In this document: piece by piece, positions 33,116-40,350 of the stretch
How positions within the stretch are numbered: the stretch's first letter is position 1
Layout: every line of letters starts with the position of its first letter
Source: a virus
IMG/VR virus record: IMGVR_UViG_3300023103_000002
Span: 1 to 40,582 of that record
Reading direction: 5' to 3' (one strand)
Length of the DNA: 40,582 nucleotides
Made by a program: the position numbers and the translations under genes
The notes under the pieces: model-generated
What the model saw: the letters and a program-made list of their open reading frames with translations, nothing else
Databases searched by the model: none
Told to the model about the DNA's origin: nothing

Positions 33116-33580
33116 ATGATTTTATCCGCACAAACAATCCGCAAACTTTGCACAAATGGAAGGGCGATGATCTCGCCCTTCACCGAGCGGAACAAGCAGA
33201 ATGGCATGTCCTTCGGGCTGAGCAGCGCCGGTTATGATGTTCGCATTGCTGAAACAGTCTGGATCATGCCGAAAACGTTCTGCCTCGCATCCACGATGGA
33301 GTATTTCAATATTCCAGCGAACATCATGTATCAGGTCGTGGACAAATCGTCATGGGCGCGTCGAGGCTTGAGCGCATTCAACACGGTCGCTGAACCTGGA
33401 TGGCGCGGCTACCTGACGCTTGAGTTGTTCAATGCGTCATGGCTTCCGAAGCGCATCAAGGCGGGCACCCCTATAGCCCAGATCGTGTTTCAATTTCTGG
33501 ATCAGGCAAGCGCGCAACCTTATGCGGGCAAGTATCAGGATCAGGAAGCAGGCGCACAAGCGGCGAGGTTCGAAAAATGA
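33116..33580 (+). CDS. dCTP deaminase/dUTPase-superfamily protein (short, 154 aa)
   Basis: GLSSAGYDVRI, DKSSWARRGL and EPGWRGYLTLELFN follow the Dcd/dUTPase-fold motifs, including the conserved Glu. Confidence 0.8.
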   Translation: MILSAQTIRKLCTNGRAMISPFTERNKQNGMSFGLSSAGYDVRIAETVWIMPKTFCLASTMEYFNIPANIMYQVVDKSSWARRGLSAFNTVAEPGWRGYLTLELFNASWLPKRIKAGTPIAQIVFQFLDQASAQPYAGKYQDQEAGAQAARFEK

Positions 33581-34008
33581 CAGACACGCGCGACCGATTA
33601 ACCGAGGGCGACATCATGCGGCTGCTGCAAATCAAGGCTTCAGCCTTGGGTGCTCGGCTGTTCCGGCAAAATACAGGGCTTGCATGGGTCGGCAAGGTCG
33701 TTCGGTTCGCGCGTGAACAATCGGTCAAGGTGTCGCCTGGTGACATCGTGATACGAAACGCGCGCCCATTTCATGCAGGCTTTGAGGGTATGTCTGATTT
33801 GGGCGGGTGGGTGCCTGTGGAAATCACGCCTGATATGGTGGGGCAAAAGATCGCGCTCTATGCACAGGTCGAAGTGAAGAAAAATACACGCGCCACGGCG
33901 GCACAAAAGGCGTGGATACAAGCGGTTAACATGGCGGGTGGCCGCGCTGGCGTGGCGCATGATGATGCTGAATTAGCAGCCATACTCGCGGGCGAAACAG
34001 TCGGATAA
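33577..34008 (+). CDS. VRR-NUC domain nuclease
   Basis: ATGA overlap with the upstream stop. LFRQNTGLAW...GMSDLGGWVP...YAQVEVKKN...ATAAQKAWIQAVNMAGG fits the PD-(D/E)XK VRR-NUC pattern (D...E-V-K). Confidence 0.75.
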   Translation: MTDTRDRLTEGDIMRLLQIKASALGARLFRQNTGLAWVGKVVRFAREQSVKVSPGDIVIRNARPFHAGFEGMSDLGGWVPVEITPDMVGQKIALYAQVEVKKNTRATAAQKAWIQAVNMAGGRAGVAHDDAELAAILAGETVG

Positions 34009-34040
34009 ATTTCGTCGCCCCTCTTGCTTTATAGTACAGC

Positions 34041-34069
34041 TTGTGTTGTGATTATCGCAACAATTCTAT
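34041..34069 (+). promoter_or_regulatory. Weak candidate promoter (TTGTGT-17 nt-TTCTAT) with an exact operator 15-mer in the spacer, upstream of the primase gene
   Basis: TGTGATTATCGCAAC at 34047-34061 is identical to the 15-mer at 39443-39457. The ATG of the primase gene is at 34082. Confidence 0.35.
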
Positions 34070-34081
34070 CAGGGGCGAAAC

Positions 34082-34957
34082 ATGGCAACCGACATCGAAA
34101 GATTGCGGAACGAAACATCACTTTCTCAAATCGCCTCACAGTATGGCGTTAAGCTCTCGAAGAACGGCCACGAATACGATGCGTGTTGCCCGTTTCATTC
34201 TGAGAACACGGCGTCTTTTACGATCTTTCGCGGCAATGATGGCGTAGAGCGATTTCATTGTTTTGGCTGCGGAGAGCGTGGCGATGTCGTGGATTTTGTT
34301 CAGAGGATCAAGGGAGTGGACACGCGAGAAGCGATCGCGATCCTCGGTGGTCGTCCCGCTGGCGAGAACGTCAAGCCGCGCCAAATCGGAGCGCGAGATA
34401 TATACGCGGGCATCGAGCCGTATGAGCCGCCTGAAATGCCCGCTGGTCAGAGGCTCCGAATTTATAATCCAAAACGCGTCGGGACTGAAATGGAATGGGG
34501 TGGGTTTGTGCCGTCGCGGATCCATCCATACCGCCGCAAGGATGGTCGCGTGTTTGGTTATGTGCTGCGCCATGATCTGCGCGATGGCGGCAAAGAAACG
34601 CCGATGGTCATGTGGGTTCAGTTGCCGAGCGGCGAACAGTGTTGGTGTCGGTTCCCATTCCCCAAGCCTCGGCCACTATACGGGCTTGAGCGTGTAGCCG
34701 AAGCGCGTCAGGTGATTGTTGTCGAAGGCGAAAAATGTCGCGATGAAATGGTGGAGCGCACGGGCCTTACGGTCGTGTCGTGGGTCGGCGGAACACAAGG
34801 TGTAAAGCACACGAACTGGAAGCCGCTGGCCGGAAAGAATGTCGTCATGTGGCCGGATCACGATCCGCCTGGGCTGGAAACCGCAAATGAAATCGGGGCT
34901 ATCTTGAAAGATTTGAACTGCACCTTTCGCGTGCTGAGGGTGCAGGGCATAGGATAA
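34082..34957 (+). CDS. DNA primase (CHC2 zinc finger plus Toprim)
   Basis: CCPFHSENTASFTIF...FHCFGCGERGDVVDF (zf-CHC2). VIVVEGEKCRDEM and VMWPDHDPPG (Toprim E and DxD). Confidence 0.9.
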   Translation: MATDIERLRNETSLSQIASQYGVKLSKNGHEYDACCPFHSENTASFTIFRGNDGVERFHCFGCGERGDVVDFVQRIKGVDTREAIAILGGRPAGENVKPRQIGARDIYAGIEPYEPPEMPAGQRLRIYNPKRVGTEMEWGGFVPSRIHPYRRKDGRVFGYVLRHDLRDGGKETPMVMWVQLPSGEQCWCRFPFPKPRPLYGLERVAEARQVIVVEGEKCRDEMVERTGLTVVSWVGGTQGVKHTNWKPLAGKNVVMWPDHDPPGLETANEIGAILKDLNCTFRVLRVQGIG

Positions 34958-36459
34958 TGGCATACACGCTTCAAGATTGGCAATCAGGGATAAAACCGCC
35001 GAAGGGCTGGGATGTAGCAGACGCTTGCAGGGATGGATGGACGAAAGACGACATCATGTCTTTCACGCGTGCCGCTGTCGCGCCATGGGAACCGCCATCG
35101 GATCGCGTTCCTGCGCCTGTGCCCGCGCCTGTTGTTCCACAAAAGACCGTCACGCAAGCAAAGACGATGGTGCAAGCCGATCCTGCGCCTGCGACCGTCA
35201 CGCATATTCATACGCGCAAGACGGTCAAGGCTGATGATAGCTGGCAAATCCATTTGATTTGCACAGAAGAAGGCAAGACAAAGCCGAGCGTCACAAAAAA
35301 CTGGGCGCTGTTCTTGGAAAATCATCCTGAGATGATCGATGTTTTCGCGTGGGATGCATTTAAAATGCGCGTCATGCTCATGCGCTGCCCGCCGTGGGAA
35401 GAAGAAGAGGTCTTCAGGCCGCGCGTTCTGCAGGATCGTGATTATAGCGAAGCCGTGATGTGGCTCGAAACCCACCACATGACGCCGAAGGCATCGAATA
35501 TCGCGGCGGTTATTCAGACGGTGGCGGAACGTTCTTCGTTCGATAATCTGAGGGACTATCTTGAAGGGCTTGTGTGGGATGGTGTGCCGCGCGTCAGCCA
35601 GTTTGCAGCTAAATATCTGGGATGCCGTGGAGACAATTACTCGCCCATCGTCAGTGAACGGTGGCTTGTGTCCAGTGTCGCGCGCGGGCTTGAGCCTGGT
35701 TGCAAGGTGGACACAATGCCGATCCTTGAAGGGCCGCAAGGGCTGAACAAGTCCACGGCTCTGAGCGCCTTGTATGGCGCTGAATTTTTTACCGATGAAT
35801 TGTCAGACCTTGGTTCCAAGGATGCCAGCATGGAATTGCAAGGTGTTTGGTGCATCGAGATTGCAGAAATGCACCGCTTCTCTGCGTCGGAAACAAATCA
35901 AGTGAAGAAATTTCTTTCTCGGCAAGTTGACAGGTTCCGGCCTCCTTATGGCCGATCTGTGATTGATGCGCCGCGCCGCGCAATTATGGCTGGAACGATC
36001 AATCCTGAAGGAAACGCCTATCTGCGCGATCCAACGGGCGCGCGTCGTTTCTGGCCTCTGACGTGCGGGAAGATCGACATCGCGGCGATCAAGCGCGACC
36101 GCGATCAGCTCTGGGCGGAAGCCGTTCACTTGTACAAATCAGGCGTTAAATGGTGGGTGCAGTTAGATGAAACTCAAATCGTTGAAGCCGAGCAAGAAAA
36201 ACGCACGGATGTCGATGTCTGGATGGATGAGATTGCGACATTTGTTCGCCTGCTCACGACTATTTCGCAAAGTGAAATCTTTGAAAAACTCAACATCCCT
36301 AAAAAAGATTTAGATCATCGGCACTCGCAGCGGATCGGGCGGATTATGAAGCGTTTGGGCTGGACATCGCGTCGTGATCGCAAGGGCGGTGAGGATCGTG
36401 TCGTGTTTGATGCGCCTGATAAATCGGAACCGGAAAACGATGATCGCATGGAGTGGTGA
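34957..36459 (+). CDS. VirE / D5-like primase-associated helicase (P-loop NTPase)
   Basis: TAATG coupling to the primase gene. PILEGPQGLNKSTALSALYG Walker A, with the surrounding region resembling the Virulence-associated protein E family. Confidence 0.8.
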   Translation: MAYTLQDWQSGIKPPKGWDVADACRDGWTKDDIMSFTRAAVAPWEPPSDRVPAPVPAPVVPQKTVTQAKTMVQADPAPATVTHIHTRKTVKADDSWQIHLICTEEGKTKPSVTKNWALFLENHPEMIDVFAWDAFKMRVMLMRCPPWEEEEVFRPRVLQDRDYSEAVMWLETHHMTPKASNIAAVIQTVAERSSFDNLRDYLEGLVWDGVPRVSQFAAKYLGCRGDNYSPIVSERWLVSSVARGLEPGCKVDTMPILEGPQGLNKSTALSALYGAEFFTDELSDLGSKDASMELQGVWCIEIAEMHRFSASETNQVKKFLSRQVDRFRPPYGRSVIDAPRRAIMAGTINPEGNAYLRDPTGARRFWPLTCGKIDIAAIKRDRDQLWAEAVHLYKSGVKWWVQLDETQIVEAEQEKRTDVDVWMDEIATFVRLLTTISQSEIFEKLNIPKKDLDHRHSQRIGRIMKRLGWTSRRDRKGGEDRVVFDAPDKSEPENDDRMEW

Positions 36460-36497
36460 CGCGCTGCGAAACGACGGTGACGCACTGTGAAACGATG
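36456..36497. repeat. 21-bp tandem direct repeat x2 (3 mismatches), beginning at the stop codon of the VirE-like gene
   Basis: GTGACGCGCTGCGAAACGACG (36456-36476) / GTGACGCACTGTGAAACGATG (36477-36497). Confidence 0.85.
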
Positions 36498-36543
36498 CGG
36501 AAACAACTGTTTGCGGGCATAATGATGTGATAAACGCATTGTC

Positions 36544-36729
36544 ATGGAGAATGTCGCAATGGCAAAAGGTAACTTCGACGCTGTGCTCGGCGTGACGCTC
36601 CCGCATGAAGGCGGGTGGGCGGATCATCCGCGCGATCCAGGTGGCGCGACGATGAAGGGCATCACCCTTGCGACATTTCGAAAGGGACTTATATACATTT
36701 GTGACCCATATAGTCCAATGGTTGACTGA
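36544..36729 (+). pseudogene. Truncated GH108-type lysozyme (N-acetylmuramidase) remnant: only the first ~45-50 aa are retained
   Basis: MAKGNFDAVLGVTLPHEGGWADHPRDPGGATMKGITLATFRK matches the GH108 N-terminal signature (EGG..n.p.DpGG.T..GIT). After ~36684 the reading frame turns into AT-rich junk (GLIYICDPYSPMVD*). Full-length family members are about 170-190 aa. Confidence 0.65.
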
Positions 36730-36746
36730 TTCTAGCAGATATGGCA

Positions 36747-36775
36747 TAAAAAGAAAGGAGCGGGAAACCGCTCCT
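36747..36775 (-). terminator. Rho-independent terminator at the convergence of the rightward operon and the minus-strand early arm
   Basis: Stem AGGAGCGG / CCGCTCCT (36756-36763 / 36768-36775) with loop GAAA. The minus strand continues TTCTTTTTAT; the plus-strand tail is weaker (AATTATC). Confidence 0.75.
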
Positions 36776-36869
36776 AATTATCTTCTAACGATGTGAAGCC
36801 AACGCACTTTGGTTTCCTTTTCTCCTAGCATCAAACACTGCTAGGTGCGCCTGTTGGGACAGGAAGAAC

Positions 36870-37166
36870 TCAACCGAAAACGGACAAATCCCTTTTTCGG
36901 TTGAAATTTGGCGAAGTTGTCTCTTCGCCGGTGACTTTTGAAGCGCTGGATGTTGATGCATCTGGCGCTTTATTCTTTTCTGGCTCATCGGCCAAAACCC
37001 ATATCATCCCTTCGCGGCGCAAAATACCTTCTTGGTGAAGGCGACTAAGCTGTGGGGAGAGACTTGTTCGCATTACTTCAACGTCGAACTTGTCTTTTAT
37101 TCCGCTTAGTATTCCTGCGGAGTCACTCCGATTAAGATGTGAATCAGAGAGAACTTTAATGATCAT
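36870..37166 (-). CDS. Hypothetical winged-helix-like protein (98 aa), low GC
   Basis: LSPQLSRLHQEGILRREGMIWVL resembles a wHTH recognition helix plus wing. Last gene before the terminator. It overlaps the upstream ORF by 11 nt. Confidence 0.55.
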   Translation of the reverse strand: MIIKVLSDSHLNRSDSAGILSGIKDKFDVEVMRTSLSPQLSRLHQEGILRREGMIWVLADEPEKNKAPDASTSSASKVTGEETTSPNFNRKRDLSVFG

Positions 37167-37506
37167 CTCCCCATTGACTGCTTATTGTCCCGATGTGCGC
37201 GTTCTGCACACCACACAACGCAGCAAGACCTCTTTGGTTTAAGTAAGGGGTTCCGTCAGATAGCACCCCCATACCAATGCCTTCTACATCTCTTTCTTTC
37301 TCGATTCCCAAATCCAGACTACCTTGGATTATACTGATTTCCTTTTTGGCTCTAACTGTTGCTAACCTATTGATTTTCCTTGCAGAAGAGGTGATTTCCT
37401 CATTCATTTCAGATGGATCAGTTTGTGCAAGGCGTTCCATCATTTCGCCGAATTCCATATCAGGGAACGGGTGTTTTCTATCGGGTTCGTTTAACTGGCG
37501 CGGCAA
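37156..37506 (-). CDS. Hypothetical protein (116 aa), low GC. The C-terminal motif resembles N-terminal modules of phage Bro/KilA/P63C-associated regulators.
   Basis: GVLSDGTPYLNQRGLAALCGVQNAHI recalls the ..G.r.l.qrGl...lG.. segment seen at the start of such phage regulators. This is a memory-level match only. Confidence 0.5.
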   Translation of the reverse strand: MPRQLNEPDRKHPFPDMEFGEMMERLAQTDPSEMNEEITSSARKINRLATVRAKKEISIIQGSLDLGIEKERDVEGIGMGVLSDGTPYLNQRGLAALCGVQNAHIGTISSQWGDDH

Positions 37507-37518
37507 AAGTACCCGTCT

Positions 37519-38208
37519 TCATGCCCGTTTCTTGATCCAGTATTTAGCTGTGAATTTTGTGTCCTCGTCCATGTCGGATTTGGTCACGATCCAATCTAGA
37601 TAATCAAGTGGCGCGTCCTCAAAAGTGGTTCCCTTGTGCTTGCCAAAATTCATCGTTTTCAAGAGGGCAGGGTATTTGGAAATGTGGATCATTTCCTCAA
37701 CGGTCTTTGCCTTCAAGAGCCGAAAGAAGATGTGGGCGGTCACATAGGCGTCCGGCAATGCTCGATGTGGCGGGCTGGCGAACGTGCGGTCAAATTCAGC
37801 ATCGCCATCAACATCAAGCCAATATCTGAGAACCTGATTGCCGTGACCTGGTGCGTCTGGCCACACCACGCGCGCCACCTTATAAGTGCATATCCAAGGA
37901 GTTTTGCTGTCTGGCGTGAAGTGCTGCTCGAATTTGGCGTTGTGGGCCACAAACACGTCAGCCCCATCGAGAACGGTGTCCATGATCTCGCGGGCTTCTG
38001 GGCCATCCTTCACATCGTCAATCGTCAGGTGATGCACGGCCATCGTAACAGGTGGTATCTCGCCGCGTGGGCGGATCACGGTTTGAAATTGGTTGGTGAT
38101 CTGGCGTGTCGTTAAATCAATGTCATAAAATCCGACTTCGATAATCTCGGCGCTGTCGTCGTCTGGTGTTCCCGTGGTTTCATAATCAATAACTCGTGCG
38201 GTTTTCAT
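37519..38208 (-). CDS. DEDDh 3'-5' exonuclease (DnaQ-like) with a C-terminal DUF3820-like domain
   Basis: Exo I VIDYETTG, Exo II FVAHNAKFE, Exo III HRALPDAY. C-terminus MNFGKHKGTTFEDAPLDYLDWI. Confidence 0.88.
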   Translation of the reverse strand: MKTARVIDYETTGTPDDDSAEIIEVGFYDIDLTTRQITNQFQTVIRPRGEIPPVTMAVHHLTIDDVKDGPEAREIMDTVLDGADVFVAHNAKFEQHFTPDSKTPWICTYKVARVVWPDAPGHGNQVLRYWLDVDGDAEFDRTFASPPHRALPDAYVTAHIFFRLLKAKTVEEMIHISKYPALLKTMNFGKHKGTTFEDAPLDYLDWIVTKSDMDEDTKFTAKYWIKKRA

Positions 38209-38585
38209 AATTCTCTCTTGTAAATAAATCCGTTTATTTCCATCACGTCCGGCATAGGTGGTGGTGAAGCCTTCGGATCAACGCCAAGCGCTTCAAGGCA
38301 AGACATCAAGTGCGGCTCCTCCGCGGCAAGTGATATTTCCATCTTTGCCAGCCGCCAGCTTCGGCCAACCGGATCACGCTCCGCAATCTCAAGAACAGGC
38401 GATCCAGCCTGAACGCGAACGATCACGATCTTTTCCAGCGTGTCCGGTTGTTTGATAACGTTGCGCCAGAACCGCGTTGCAGATTTTCGCGCCTGAGTTT
38501 CCTCGGTGCTGTTTTCGCGGCGGGCGCTTCTGAAGCGCAACTGATCGTCTCGCTTAAACAGACAGGTTGATGCGTATGGTGTCAT
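38205..38585 (-). CDS. Hypothetical protein (126 aa)
   Basis: ATGA-type overlaps with both neighbours. Confidence 0.6.
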   Translation of the reverse strand: MTPYASTCLFKRDDQLRFRSARRENSTEETQARKSATRFWRNVIKQPDTLEKIVIVRVQAGSPVLEIAERDPVGRSWRLAKMEISLAAEEPHLMSCLEALGVDPKASPPPMPDVMEINGFIYKREL

Positions 38586-38851
38586 GCTATTACGCTCTTC
38601 TTTGTATAGGTTTGACTTACTTCGGGTATTAAGCCGTCGTTCTTAGGCTCAACATATCCATCAGCAATTAGCTTTCTAGCGGTTGCGGTAGGGTATCGCT
38701 TACCATCCTCAAGTGTGTAGTAGGTGTATCCTCCACCCCTCGTAATAGCTTCATCAGTGTGTGAAGCTTGTCGCACAAGAGTTCTTCCGTTCAGGCGATT
38801 TAGTGCTTTTTCACTCCAATGCTTAATCGGTATTTTCTTCTTTGATGTCAT
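38582..38851 (-). CDS. Hypothetical protein (89 aa from the preferred start)
   Basis: The ATG at 38851 (MTSKKKIPIKHW) forms an ATGA overlap with the upstream stop at 38848-38850. The track start is 38875. Confidence 0.55.
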   Translation of the reverse strand: MTSKKKIPIKHWSEKALNRLNGRTLVRQASHTDEAITRGGGYTYYTLEDGKRYPTATARKLIADGYVEPKNDGLIPEVSQTYTKKSVIA

Positions 38852-39372
38852 GCTGGTTCTTCTCTCATTTTCCACTTATTATCCGCTTCATTGGCAAGAT
38901 AATCATCGCGTGACATAGGTATATGAACGTATTCTGATACTATCTTTGCTTCTCGCGTGATGTATCCTGCTATATACCCTTCATCGACTATATCTTCTGT
39001 AACGTCAGTTAATCTTCGTTCGCCAAAAGACATTTCGTAAATCTTAGCGCTTGGCTCTGCATATTCCACAGCGCGGAACAGCTTTTCTTTATCAGTGTAA
39101 AATTCTCCGTCCTGCGGCTGGCCGTCATCAAGGATGAAGTATTTTTTCACAGCAGCATTGGCTGGCTTCTTTGAAATTTGAGCTGTGGCTTTAGCGATGT
39201 AATCCAAAGCACTTTTCTTGTTATCCAATTCCAGATCAATAAGCGCGTTCATCAGATAATAAGAGGTCAGTCGATGCGGTAAGGTAGAACCACGATCAAT
39301 TATAAGCGCTCGCAGATTGTGCATTGCTTGGAGCGTATGCTTACTCATGTCGTAAACTTCATTTTCTGCCAT
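38848..39372 (-). CDS. Hypothetical protein (174 aa), lower GC
   Basis: AGGTGA lies 5 nt before the ATG at 39372. The track start at 39381 is a GTG. First gene after the 39.4-kb promoter. Confidence 0.65.
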   Translation of the reverse strand: MAENEVYDMSKHTLQAMHNLRALIIDRGSTLPHRLTSYYLMNALIDLELDNKKSALDYIAKATAQISKKPANAAVKKYFILDDGQPQDGEFYTDKEKLFRAVEYAEPSAKIYEMSFGERRLTDVTEDIVDEGYIAGYITREAKIVSEYVHIPMSRDDYLANEADNKWKMREEPA

Positions 39373-39390
39373 GTTGATCACCTGATTTCT

Positions 39391-39457
39391 GTTGCGTTAT
39401 TCACAACGATATACGCAGGTTTATGAGCGTGTCAATCGTGATTGTGATTATCGCAAC
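39391..39457 (-). promoter_or_regulatory. Sigma70-like promoter TTGACA-16 nt-TATATC (minus strand) bracketed by an inverted pair of operator 15-mers
   Basis: Minus strand: TTGACA at 39435-39430 and TATATC at 39413-39408. GTTGCGTTATTCACA at 39391-39405 and TGTGATTATCGCAAC at 39443-39457 are in opposite orientation. Confidence 0.55.
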
Positions 39458-39593
39458 GTCTGCGGCGCATTTTTTCGGCTTGGTCATCAGACCTTCCAGC
39501 CGCGGCGCACATAGCCCATATGAAAACATGCATAGCCGCCACGATGAATAGCGCGGCAAGCATAAGAACGCCTTCCAAGATAGATATATTCAT
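39432..39593 (-). CDS. Possible small membrane protein (53 aa)
   Basis: Not in the track (<60 aa). The ATG at 39593 forms an ATGA overlap with the stop of the upstream gene (39590-39592). Translation: MNISILEGVLMLAALFIVAAMHVFIWAMCAAAGRSDDQAEKMRRRRCDNHNHD (one TM, basic tail). Confidence 0.45.
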   Translation of the reverse strand: MNISILEGVLMLAALFIVAAMHVFIWAMCAAAGRSDDQAEKMRRRRCDNHNHD

Positions 39594-39997
39594 TTTTCTT
39601 TCCTCCTGTTTCGTTTGAATGGCCTTTGCGCAAGGCCAGCAGCTCTGATCTCTTTCAAAGTGATGGGCGCTCCATCAAGCGCGTATTCCGTCACCCACGC
39701 CGTGCGGATGCCCATCTTACCGCGCCATGCCTTCGGGGACGCTGTGGCTGTCAAGAAGCCGAGCGGGGTGCGTATGCTGGCCGGACTTCCTGGCGCTCGT
39801 CTGGATAGCTCCTGAACGTGCCTGAGATAGTCCATGGCGGGCGATGCGATCCTGATCCCCTCATCCCGCATGGCGCGGATCGTCTGGATGATCCTAAGCG
39901 ACTGCTCGTGCGGCTCGTCTGATCCAAGTGCGTCGGATATTGCCGCAAGAACGCTGGTGATCGTCTCGTCCCTGGTGAGTTTGTCGCTGTGTTTCAT
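39590..39997 (-). CDS. Hypothetical protein (135 aa), basic C-terminus
   Basis: ATGA overlap with the upstream gene. No motif recognised. Confidence 0.6.
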   Translation of the reverse strand: MKHSDKLTRDETITSVLAAISDALGSDEPHEQSLRIIQTIRAMRDEGIRIASPAMDYLRHVQELSRRAPGSPASIRTPLGFLTATASPKAWRGKMGIRTAWVTEYALDGAPITLKEIRAAGLAQRPFKRNRRKEK

Positions 39998-40350
39998 CTT
40001 ATGACCGTTGAGATTTTCGCAACACTACTCGCGTGCGAGTTGGAGTCAACTGGTGTCAATCCAAGAATTTTTGCTACCTCATGACGTCGGAGCATTTTTT
40101 TAGTGGTCAGGAAGCGCCATTCGGCTTCTTTCTCGGGCGGCACGTCATAGCCGCGCAGCTTCGTTAAGACCGCTCTCCGGTTTGGTTTGGCCGTTTCTGT
40201 TTTGACGATGGCTTCCAGAGTGTGATGTGTCACTTGGCAGAGGTCGCATTTGTAGCGCCTGGTTTGTCCGCTCGTTGTGGCGTGTGTCCGCCCGCATCGA
40301 TTAGCTTTGTGGCGGCAGTCGGGACATAAAATGTAATCGCGAATGGCCAT
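39994..40350 (-). CDS. Zinc-finger protein (CxxC-N22-CxxC), Ogr/Delta-like architecture
   Basis: MAIRDYILCPDCRHKANRCGRTHATTSGQTRRYKCDLCQVTHHT. The ATG at 40350 shares one base with the upstream stop (TGATG). The track start is 40389. Confidence 0.55.
   Translation of the reverse strand: MAIRDYILCPDCRHKANRCGRTHATTSGQTRRYKCDLCQVTHHTLEAIVKTETAKPNRRAVLTKLRGYDVPPEKEAEWRFLTTKKMLRRHEVAKILGLTPVDSNSHASSVAKISTVIR

Noticed and set aside
37150-37170. ORFs 37156-37506 and 36870-37166 might be one gene split by a frameshift.
   Set aside because: The downstream frame is open for only 5 codons upstream of its ATG (preceded by TAA). The overlap looks like ordinary translational coupling, and there is no slippery run.
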